From Pseudoalteromonas tetraodonis (GTDB lineage: Bacteria > Pseudomonadota > Gammaproteobacteria > Enterobacterales > Alteromonadaceae): 32,000 nt of DNA. The position numbers and the translations under genes are program-made. Shown here one piece after another: positions 20,339-27,807 of the stretch (position 1 is the stretch's first letter; the number at the start of each line of letters is the position of its first letter). The stretch lies in the NCBI RefSeq assembly GCF_002310835.1, contig NZ_CP011041.1:930001-962000 (forward strand), given 5' to 3'. The notes under the pieces were generated by a model, which was not told the DNA's origin, did not search any database, and saw nothing but the letters and a program-made list of their open reading frames with translations.

Positions 20339-20347
20339 AACGCCAAC

Positions 20348-20402
20348 TTAGTGCTTTTTAAACAGACATTTGAGCTGTTTAAACACGGCTCCAGCGCACT
20401 AA
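20348..20402. repeat. Nested inverted repeats in the divergent intergenic region
   Basis: Inner pair tttaaacag (20357-20365) / ctgtttaaa (20375-20383) with a 9-nt spacer. Outer pair ttagtgc (20348-20354) / gcactaa (20396-20402). Confidence 0.5.
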
Positions 20403-20534
20403 AGATGGTTATTACTAGGTTAAATACCTATAAATTTTAATCTCAATGTCATATCAATGAGCCAATATGACCCTGACGAACACAGCATGACTAAGCTAGC
20501 ATGCAGACCAACATAGACTAAAGAAGCCACCCTA

Positions 20535-21443
20535 ATGCGATATAACCCATTTACCAACCATGCAAAATTAACCAACACCATCATTATATTGTTAGTTATT
20601 GCTGTAGCAATATGTACTTATTTTGGCGAACTTAAGCAATGGCAAGACATTGCGTGGCTCGATATTGTCGGTGAGGGCGGGATTGTGTTGATGACTCTCA
20701 GCTGGATAGTTGCATTACTTATTTCACGTCCGCCAGGCAAAGTAACCACCTTATTGGTGCTAGGTTTGGGTTTGTTTATGTTCTCCGCCACGCTCGATTT
20801 ACTCGATGAGTGGTTAAAACAACCACCACAATTATGGCTCACTTGGTTTGAATCACTGCCAGCGCCGTTTGGTATGTCGCTTACCAGTGTTGGGCTTTAT
20901 TATTGGCATCAAGAACAATTTGTTTTAAATCGTCAATTGCGTCGTCGAGAAGCGCATCTGCGAGAGCATGAAAAAGTCTGTCCTGTAACAGGGTTATACC
21001 GAGTTAACTACTTACATTCACTGATGCAGCAACGCCAAACAGAGCAGCAATCCGCCACTTTAGGTGTTATTGATATTCGTGATTTTGCAAAGTTTAATGC
21101 GCAGTTTGGTTTTAGTGAAGGCGATAGGTTACTACGAGAAATTAGTGATTTATTAGTAATGAATTGCCGATTAAACGATGTGCTATGTCGCTATGCCGGT
21201 GATTGCTTTATTGTACTTATGCCGAATACCAGCCAAAGCCAAGCCAAAGAGCTATTAGCGCAAATGAAAGCGGCGCTTAATCACTGTGCGTTTAAAGTCG
21301 CAAAAAGCAAAGGTGCACAGTTTCAGCATATTTTAACCGCCACCATGGCAATGGATTTAGAGCAAGATCCAGTGCAGCAAACCAGCCAGCTACATCAACA
21401 ATTACAACAACAAAAGGCGCTTGTAGGTGCAGCAGTATATTAG
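20535..21443 (+). CDS. Membrane protein with a C-terminal degenerate GGDEF domain (A-site AGDCF, RxxD I-site retained)
   Basis: 302 aa with about 4 N-terminal TM segments. GGDEF-domain landmarks: VTGLYRVNY, IDIRDFAKFNAQFGFSEGDRLL, then RLND-VLCRY-AGDCF where canonical enzymes have RxxD-x5-GG(D/E)EF. Confidence 0.8.
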   Translation: MRYNPFTNHAKLTNTIIILLVIAVAICTYFGELKQWQDIAWLDIVGEGGIVLMTLSWIVALLISRPPGKVTTLLVLGLGLFMFSATLDLLDEWLKQPPQLWLTWFESLPAPFGMSLTSVGLYYWHQEQFVLNRQLRRREAHLREHEKVCPVTGLYRVNYLHSLMQQRQTEQQSATLGVIDIRDFAKFNAQFGFSEGDRLLREISDLLVMNCRLNDVLCRYAGDCFIVLMPNTSQSQAKELLAQMKAALNHCAFKVAKSKGAQFQHILTATMAMDLEQDPVQQTSQLHQQLQQQKALVGAAVY

Positions 21444-22425
21444 CTTAGACGATAAATACCTCAGCGCCGAGGGGATTATCACTGCGCTGGTGGAGCTTGC
21501 TCAAGGACGAGGGATCCCGTTGCATAAATTGCTGCGTGGTACGGGTATTTTTGAGCAAGATTTATATGACCTATCACAGCGTTTTAGTTTATCGCAGTTA
21601 TTGGCTTTAATTAGCCAGTTTAAAACCTTAATGAAGAGTAACGACAGTGGTTTTTTACTGGGTCATCAATTGGTTAATGATGTTAGCCCTGCAGTGCAAA
21701 GTGTGCGTTTAAGCCCAAGTTTAGGTATGGCTTTGAAGCAATTACAACAAATTCGCACTGTTATTGCGCCTTTATTTTTTACCCGTAAGCATATTTTTCA
21801 AGACGATTTTTATCTGTACTTGCAACCGAGTATCGGTATGGACGAGTCATTAAAAAATTATTGTTTTGAAATATATAGTGCCGCGTTAATTAGCTTACTT
21901 AAAAGAGTGAGTGATCACTACCCACAGTGTTATTTTGATTTTACCTGTAAGCGCCCGCGGCATATTCAAGAGTATGAGCAGCACTTAGGCTTACGGGTTC
22001 GGTTTGAACAACCCTACACCCGTTGGCACTTTAATAAACAATTACTTAAGTGCTCAAACCCAGAGTCAAGCCCATTGCGGTGGCAGCAGTGCATAGCGCA
22101 AAGTCCATTGCCTAAAAATGTATCTTTGTCTTTTGTTGAGGCGGTTTGCCTATCCATTTACCACAATACAAACAATAATCTCGTTAGTACTGCAGAGCAA
22201 TTTGCTATGAGCTCGGCGACTTTTAAGCGCAAACTGAAACAGCATGGTTTTAGTTATTCACAATTACAAGATGAACAAAACAAACTTAAAGCGCTTTATT
22301 TACTGGGGGTGTGTCAGCAAGGCAATGAAGAAGTCGCGATGCGTTTAGCATTTTATGATATTCCTAATTTTCGCCGTGCATTTAAGCGTTGGACAGGTAT
22401 TACGCCGAGTCAGTTAAAAGTATAA
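21427..22425 (+). CDS. AraC-family transcriptional regulator (N-terminal AraC-type ligand-binding-like domain)
   Basis: 332 aa with a GTG start overlapping the upstream gene by 17 nt. C-terminal dual HTH ending AFYDIPNFRRAFKRWTGITPSQLK. Confidence 0.85.
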   Translation: MQQYISLDDKYLSAEGIITALVELAQGRGIPLHKLLRGTGIFEQDLYDLSQRFSLSQLLALISQFKTLMKSNDSGFLLGHQLVNDVSPAVQSVRLSPSLGMALKQLQQIRTVIAPLFFTRKHIFQDDFYLYLQPSIGMDESLKNYCFEIYSAALISLLKRVSDHYPQCYFDFTCKRPRHIQEYEQHLGLRVRFEQPYTRWHFNKQLLKCSNPESSPLRWQQCIAQSPLPKNVSLSFVEAVCLSIYHNTNNNLVSTAEQFAMSSATFKRKLKQHGFSYSQLQDEQNKLKALYLLGVCQQGNEEVAMRLAFYDIPNFRRAFKRWTGITPSQLKV

Positions 22426-23334
22426 TTAAAAACTGGCAGCTTGCTCTATAACAATGCCATGGCGCTTTGCAAGGCGCTGATGATCTCTGTCATAACCTCC
22501 GCCAATCACAGTGGCTACAGGGGTGTTATTTGCTAGGCAACGCTTAAGTACTAAGTGGTCGCGCTTTTCTATACCTTGCCAACTAATATCCAGTTTACCT
22601 AAGCCATCCTCTTGCCAAATATCAACGCCAGCATCATACAAAACCAGATCTGGGTTAAGCTCGTTCAATAAAAATTGCAGGGTATCGTCAACAATACCTA
22701 AGTATTCAGCGTCTTGTATATTATTGGCTAAACCAATATCTAAATCGCTAGGGGACTTTCTAAATGGGAAGTTTTTCTCACAATGTATTGAACAGGTAAA
22801 CGCATAAGGTTGATGAGCCAGCATGGCTGCGGTGCCATCACCTTGGTGAACATCTAAATCAAAAATCAGTACGTTAGTCACTTCACGGTTTTGAATTAAC
22901 GTCTGTGCGGTAAAAGCTAAATCGTTCACCATACAAAAACCCGAGCCAAAATCACTGTGGGCATGGTGAGTGCCGCCCGCTAAATGGCACGCAAGCCCAC
23001 TTTTAAGCGCTAAACGCGCAGTTTGCAGTGTCCCTAATGGGGCGGTAAATGTGCGGTTCATTAGTGCTTGTGACCAAGGTAGGCCTATACGGCGCATGGC
23101 TTTTTCATCTAGGCGGTTATGCCATAAATCGTGAATGTAGTTTTCACAGTGTACTATTTCTAACTCTTCAACACGACCATGTGGTGGCTCAATGATATTA
23201 TCGCCAGCTAACCCTATTGTTTTAACATGCTGGTATAGCTGCGCAAATTTACTCATTACAAAGCGGTGTTTGGGATCAAAACTAAACGAGTAATTAGGAT
23301 GATAAACTAAAGGTAGATTGGGATTTAAATTCAT
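22426..23334 (-). CDS. Histone deacetylase-family (HDAC/acetoin-utilisation-type) zinc amidohydrolase
   Basis: 302 aa. GGTHHAHSDFGSGFCMVND, DLDVHQGDG and GGGY motifs of the arginase/deacetylase fold. Confidence 0.88.
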   Translation of the reverse strand: MNLNPNLPLVYHPNYSFSFDPKHRFVMSKFAQLYQHVKTIGLAGDNIIEPPHGRVEELEIVHCENYIHDLWHNRLDEKAMRRIGLPWSQALMNRTFTAPLGTLQTARLALKSGLACHLAGGTHHAHSDFGSGFCMVNDLAFTAQTLIQNREVTNVLIFDLDVHQGDGTAAMLAHQPYAFTCSIHCEKNFPFRKSPSDLDIGLANNIQDAEYLGIVDDTLQFLLNELNPDLVLYDAGVDIWQEDGLGKLDISWQGIEKRDHLVLKRCLANNTPVATVIGGGYDRDHQRLAKRHGIVIEQAASF

Positions 23335-23391
23335 ATCTGCGTCGTTTAATTATTTTTGGTTATGGTAATCAACTTCACGCAGTGCGTCTAT

Positions 23392-23754
23392 TTATGTTTG
23401 GTAAATAAGCGTTTCAAGCTCACGGTGTAATAATGTTTCATCAGCAAGGTTTAATTCAACCAAGCGCTTTAAATGCGTAATGCTGTCTATATCAATGTTA
23501 TGACATTTAAGACCAATATGATTTTCTTCTATATGACGAATAACCACCGGCATTTTTATTTCAATATCGCTTTGTGGCAAGGTAAAACGTAATATTGCTT
23601 CGTCATTTTTGTTGCCTGCAAAGGCATCGCTTTTAGTGATCAGTGCACCATGTAAAGAAATATCTAATAGGGTACATGCATACTGGGAGCTAGCCGTTTC
23701 CAATTGCGCTGCTGTAGAGAACATAATACGAGAAAATTGCCGACGGTTTTGCAT
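23392..23754 (-). CDS. Single-domain PilZ protein (c-di-GMP receptor)
   Basis: 120 aa. Intact RxxxR (RRQFSR) and D-x-S-x-x-G (DISLHG) c-di-GMP-binding motifs at residues 4-36. Confidence 0.8.
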   Translation of the reverse strand: MQNRRQFSRIMFSTAAQLETASSQYACTLLDISLHGALITKSDAFAGNKNDEAILRFTLPQSDIEIKMPVVIRHIEENHIGLKCHNIDIDSITHLKRLVELNLADETLLHRELETLIYQT

Positions 23755-23841
23755 AATAATCTTATAAAGTTGTTATTTATAATAAGCATAGCTGGTAATG
23801 CTCAACACGCCAATTTGCTCAAAGATAAAAATAGCTCGCAT

Positions 23842-23872
23842 AAAAAAGCCCCGCATAAAATGCAGGGCTTTT
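23842..23872 (-). terminator. Rho-independent terminator after ettA
   Basis: Plus-strand arms agccccgca (23847-23855) / tgcagggct (23861-23869) with one mismatch. On the minus strand a TTTTTT run follows. Confidence 0.7.
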
Positions 23873-23891
23873 AACTTATTAACGGTGGCTG

Positions 23892-25565
23892 TTAGCCAAT
23901 TTTTTTGTACTTAATACGCTTAGGCTGTGCAGCTTCTGCGCCAAGGGTCTTTTTAAGCCATTCTTCGTACTCAGTGTAGTTACCATCAAAGAAGTTAATT
24001 TGGCCTTCGTCACGGTAATCTAAAATGTGTGTAGCAATACGGTCAAGGAACCAACGGTCATGCGAGATACACATGACACAACCAGGGAATTCTAAAATAG
24101 CATTCTCAAGAGCACGTAATGTTTCAACATCCAAGTCATTGGTTGGCTCATCCAGAAGCACCACGTTGCCGCCTGCTTTTAACAGCTTAGCTAGGTGTAA
24201 ACGGTTGCGCTCACCACCTGAAAGGTCTTTAACAAACTTTTGCTGATCGTTACCTTTAAAGTTAAAACGGCTAACATAAGCACGGCTTGGGAACTCAAAG
24301 TTACCAATTTTTAGTACATCTTGGCCGTCAGAGATTTCTTGGAATACCGTTTTGCTTTCGTCCATGTTGCCACGGAACTGATCAACAGTTGCCAGTTCTA
24401 CTGTTTCACCAATGCTGATATTACCGCTATCTGGCTGCTCTTCACCGCTTAGCATTTTGAATAGCGTTGATTTACCTGCACCATTGGCACCAATAATACC
24501 CACAATAGCGCCTTTAGGCATGCTAAAGCTTAAGTCATCAATTAAAACGCGGTCGCCAAAGCTTTTACGTAAGTTGTTTACTTCTAATACTTGGTCACCT
24601 AAACGTGGGCCAGGTGGAATAAACAGCTCGTTGGTTTCGTTACGTTTTTGGTAATCAGACTGTTGTAGCTCGCTAAACTGTGCCATACGCGCTTTTGATT
24701 TAGCTTGACGACCTTTAGGATTTGAACGCACCCATTCAAGTTCTTGAGCAATTGATTTTTGACGTGCTTTTTCAGATTTTTGCTCTTGCTGTAAGCGGGC
24801 ATCTTTTTGCTCAAGCCAAGACGAGTAGTTACCTTCCCACGGAATACCTTCACCACGGTCAAGCTCTAAAATCCAGCCAGCAACATTATCAAGGAAGTAA
24901 CGGTCATGCGTTACTGCCACAACGGTGCCTTCGTAGTCATGTAAGAAGCGCTCTAACCAGGCAACCGACTCAGCATCTAAGTGGTTAGTTGGCTCATCGA
25001 GAATAAGCATGTCTGGCTTTTCAAGTAACAAACGACAAATAGCAACACGACGACGCTCACCACCCGATAGGTGCTCAATTTTAGCATCCCACTCAGGTAA
25101 ACGCAGTGCATCGGCAGCACGCTCTAATACGTTATCGATATTATGACCATCATGCGCTTGAATAATCGCTTCTAATTCACCTTGCTCTTTTGCCAGTGCG
25201 TCAAAGTCAGCGCCTTCCATTGCGTATTCGTTATACACTTCGTCAAGGCGGTTAAGGGCATGTTTTACTTCACCCACAGCTTCTTCAACAATTTCACGAA
25301 CTGTTTTGCTTTCGTCCAAAACAGGCTCTTGCGGCAAGTAACCAATTTTAGTGCCTGGTTGAGGGCGAGCTTCACCTTCAAAATCTTCATCAACACCTGC
25401 CATAATGCGTAGTAATGATGATTTACCAGAACCATTTAGACCTAGCACACCAATTTTTGCGCCTGGGAAAAAATGCAACGAAATATCTTTTAAGATAGTG
25501 CGTTTTGGTGGCACAACCTTAGATACTCGACTCATCGAGAATATAAACTTATCAGGTAAAACCAT
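23892..25565 (-). CDS. ettA: Energy-dependent translational throttle protein EttA (ABC-F ATPase)
   Basis: 557 aa from ATG 25565 (MVLPDKFIFSMSRVSKVVPPKRTILKDISL), collinear with E. coli EttA. Two Walker A loops (GLNGSGKSS, GANGAGKST) and two LSGGER signatures. The longer track ORF (to 25634) would include the predicted promoter. Confidence 0.95.
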   Translation of the reverse strand: MVLPDKFIFSMSRVSKVVPPKRTILKDISLHFFPGAKIGVLGLNGSGKSSLLRIMAGVDEDFEGEARPQPGTKIGYLPQEPVLDESKTVREIVEEAVGEVKHALNRLDEVYNEYAMEGADFDALAKEQGELEAIIQAHDGHNIDNVLERAADALRLPEWDAKIEHLSGGERRRVAICRLLLEKPDMLILDEPTNHLDAESVAWLERFLHDYEGTVVAVTHDRYFLDNVAGWILELDRGEGIPWEGNYSSWLEQKDARLQQEQKSEKARQKSIAQELEWVRSNPKGRQAKSKARMAQFSELQQSDYQKRNETNELFIPPGPRLGDQVLEVNNLRKSFGDRVLIDDLSFSMPKGAIVGIIGANGAGKSTLFKMLSGEEQPDSGNISIGETVELATVDQFRGNMDESKTVFQEISDGQDVLKIGNFEFPSRAYVSRFNFKGNDQQKFVKDLSGGERNRLHLAKLLKAGGNVVLLDEPTNDLDVETLRALENAILEFPGCVMCISHDRWFLDRIATHILDYRDEGQINFFDGNYTEYEEWLKKTLGAEAAQPKRIKYKKIG

Positions 25566-25604
25566 AGAAGAAGCCTTCAATAATAATAAAAATTTCAATG
25601 CTGT

Positions 25605-25634
25605 ATTGTAGTGGCTCACAGGTGAAACAGTCAA
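25605..25634 (-). promoter_or_regulatory. Candidate sigma70 promoter of ettA
   Basis: The minus strand reads TTGACT (25629-25634), 18-nt spacer, TACAAT (25605-25610). GAAGG RBS lies about 10 nt before ATG 25565. Confidence 0.5.
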
Positions 25635-25696
25635 CGAATGGGGCTGTTTTAAAGTACATATTCAATTTGTACAAAACGCGTGAATAAATTTCATTT

Positions 25697-25720
25697 AGAC
25701 ATCTATACATCTAGAGGTTG
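25697..25720 (+). promoter_or_regulatory. Tandem MetJ-type met boxes
   Basis: AGACATCT (7/8), ATACATCT (6/8) and AGAGGTTG (5/8), contiguous, versus consensus AGACGTCT. They overlap the -35 of the metA promoter. Confidence 0.45.
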
Positions 25721-25745
25721 ATATTTTTCACATTCTGTTCATAAT
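25718..25745 (+). promoter_or_regulatory. Candidate sigma70 promoter of the metA-metH operon
   Basis: -35 TTGATA (25718-25723), 16-nt spacer, -10 CATAAT (25740-25745). AGGAG RBS precedes ATG 25790. Confidence 0.5.
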
Positions 25746-25789
25746 GAGAGCGTATTAATTCTCGGTTTTTATGAGCAGGAGCTTTAAGA

Positions 25790-26737
25790 ATGCCAATTAC
25801 AGTAGAAGACGAATTGCCAGCTATTGCACGTTTACGTCATGAAAACGTGTTTGTAATGCCAAAAACACGTGCAAAAACGCAAGAAATACGCCCTATGCGT
25901 TTGGCTATTCTTAATCTTATGCCTAATAAAGTAGAAACCGAAGTACAGTTTATTCGCTTGTTGGCTAATTCTCCGCTGCAAGTAAATGTTGAGCTATTGC
26001 GCCTAGACACGCACCGTAGCAGTAGTAACTCAGAGCAACACTTAGATACCTTTTATCGTTATTTCTCAGAAGTGAAAGACAACAACTATGATGCACTATT
26101 AATTACCGGTGCGCCGCTCGCACATTTAGAGTATGAAGAGGTGGCGTATTGGGAAGAATTCAAAGTGATTATTGATTGGGCCGAGCAGCATGTAACCTCT
26201 ACCTTGTTTTCTTGCTGGGCTGCCCACGCGGCTTTATATCACCGTTATAATTTAAAGCGCGATTTAAAAGAAAATAAACTGTGTGGGGTGTTTACCCATC
26301 AATGCTACTTTGCCCATGGTGCACTTACCCGCGGCTTTGACGATACCTTTTTAGTGCCGCACTCACGCTATGGCCACATAGATATAAATAAAATAAACGC
26401 CTGTGAAGAGCTGGTGGTATTAGCGGGCTCTGAACGAGTCGGGGCTTATTTACTTAAAAATAAATCGGGCAGCCAAGTGTTTATTACCGGCCACCCAGAA
26501 TACGATGCCGACAGTTTAAAAGCCGAATATGAGCGCGATTTACAAAAAAGCCCTGATGCGCCAAAGCCCGAAAACTATTTTCCTGATGACGATGCCAGCA
26601 AGCAACCATCTAAAACATGGCAAAGCCACGCGTTTTTGCTGTTTTCAAACTGGTTAAATTATTACGTTTACCAAACCACACCCTATGATATTAACTTAGT
26701 TAGCCAAGACGTAAGGACTAACAACTATGCCGAATAA
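25790..26737 (+). CDS. metA: Homoserine O-succinyltransferase (MetA family; acyl donor not determinable from sequence here)
   Basis: 315 aa. [23 protein letters not shown]...[15 protein letters not shown]...[11 protein letters not shown]...GHPEYD...NWLNYYVYQ is collinear with E. coli MetA. Confidence 0.93.
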   Translation: MPITVEDELPAIARLRHENVFVMPKTRAKTQEIRPMRLAILNLMPNKVETEVQFIRLLANSPLQVNVELLRLDTHRSSSNSEQHLDTFYRYFSEVKDNNYDALLITGAPLAHLEYEEVAYWEEFKVIIDWAEQHVTSTLFSCWAAHAALYHRYNLKRDLKENKLCGVFTHQCYFAHGALTRGFDDTFLVPHSRYGHIDINKINACEELVVLAGSERVGAYLLKNKSGSQVFITGHPEYDADSLKAEYERDLQKSPDAPKPENYFPDDDASKQPSKTWQSHAFLLFSNWLNYYVYQTTPYDINLVSQDVRTNNYAE

Positions 26738-27797
26738 TCCTCAAAACAATAAGCATCAAGAGCTGAGCGCTGCGCTCAAACAGCGCATTTTAATTTTAGA
26801 TGGTGCAATGGGAACCATGATCCAAGCGCATAAGCTTGAAGAGCAAGACTACCGTGGTGAACGTTTTAAAGATTGGCACGTGCTTATTAAAGGCAACAAC
26901 GATTTATTAAGCCTAACCAAGCCAGAAATTATTACTGATATACACCGCAGCTTTTTAGCCGCTGGTGCCGATATTATCGAAACTAACACCTTTAACTCTA
27001 CCACCATTTCGATGGAAGATTACGACATGGCGAGCATAAGCCGTGAAGTCAATTTAGAGTCGGCTAAGTTAGCCCGCGCTTCATGTGATGAATTTAGCGC
27101 CAAAACCCCAGAAAAACCGCGCTATGTAGCCGGTGTGTTAGGGCCAACGTCTAAAACCTGTTCGTTATCGCCGGATGTAAACGACCCCGGCTATCGTAAT
27201 ATCACCTTTGATAAGTTAGTGACTGCGTATGTTGAGTCAACCCTTGCGCTTATGGAGGGCGGTGTAGATATTATTTTAATCGAAACCATATTCGACACGC
27301 TTAATGCAAAAGCCGCCTCGTTCGCAGTAGAAGAAGCGTTTGAACAAGCAGGGCGCACATTGCCAGTGATGATTTCAGGTACTATTACCGATGCCTCAGG
27401 CCGTACGCTTTCAGGGCAAACAACCGAAGCATTTTATAACTCTATTCGCCATATTAAGCCGCTTTCAATCGGCTTAAATTGCGCCCTTGGGCCAGATTTA
27501 CTGCGCCAATACGTTGAAGAGCTATCGCGTGTGTGCGAAACCTTTGTCTCTGTTCACCCTAACGCGGGCTTACCTAATGAGTTTGGAGAATACGACTTAG
27601 AAGCAGACGACATGGCAAAAGAGATCATAGATTGGGGTAAATCGGGCTTTATTAATATTGTTGGCGGTTGCTGCGGCACTACGCCTGCGCACATTCGTGC
27701 CTTTGCCAAAGGGCTTGAAGGCACAGCACCACGAAAATTACCTGAGCTTGAAGTGCGTATGCGTTTATCAGGCCTAGAAGCCTGTAACTTAAATTAA
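26727..27797 (+). CDS. metH: Methionine synthase, homocysteine-binding (S-methyltransferase) module as a separate 356-aa polypeptide
   Basis: Collinear with E. coli MetH residues ~1-350. Zn-ligand motifs GLNCALGP and GGCCGTTP are present. Ends ...[14 protein letters not shown]. Overlaps metA by 11 nt. Confidence 0.88.
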   Translation: MPNNPQNNKHQELSAALKQRILILDGAMGTMIQAHKLEEQDYRGERFKDWHVLIKGNNDLLSLTKPEIITDIHRSFLAAGADIIETNTFNSTTISMEDYDMASISREVNLESAKLARASCDEFSAKTPEKPRYVAGVLGPTSKTCSLSPDVNDPGYRNITFDKLVTAYVESTLALMEGGVDIILIETIFDTLNAKAASFAVEEAFEQAGRTLPVMISGTITDASGRTLSGQTTEAFYNSIRHIKPLSIGLNCALGPDLLRQYVEELSRVCETFVSVHPNAGLPNEFGEYDLEADDMAKEIIDWGKSGFINIVGGCCGTTPAHIRAFAKGLEGTAPRKLPELEVRMRLSGLEACNLN

Positions 27798-27807
27798 GGA
27801 GCCGCCA

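Noticed and set aside
20357-20383. Reading the inverted repeat as a LexA (SOS) box
   Set aside because: LexA boxes are CTGT-N8-ACAG. Here the half-sites are in the opposite order (ACAG-N9-CTGT) and the spacing is wrong.
23776-23805. A candidate promoter for the PilZ gene (TTGAGC-18-TATAAA on the minus strand)
   Set aside because: The match is acceptable, but it would leave a ~15-nt leader with no SD. TTGAGCA also occurs twice, 17 nt apart, which makes the choice arbitrary. Evidence is too weak to list.
25566-25634. A longer ettA ORF (580 aa) starting at 25634
   Set aside because: Alignment with E. coli EttA begins at MVLPDKFIFSM (ATG 25565). The extra 23 codons would contain the TTGACT-18-TACAAT promoter and the GAAGG RBS.
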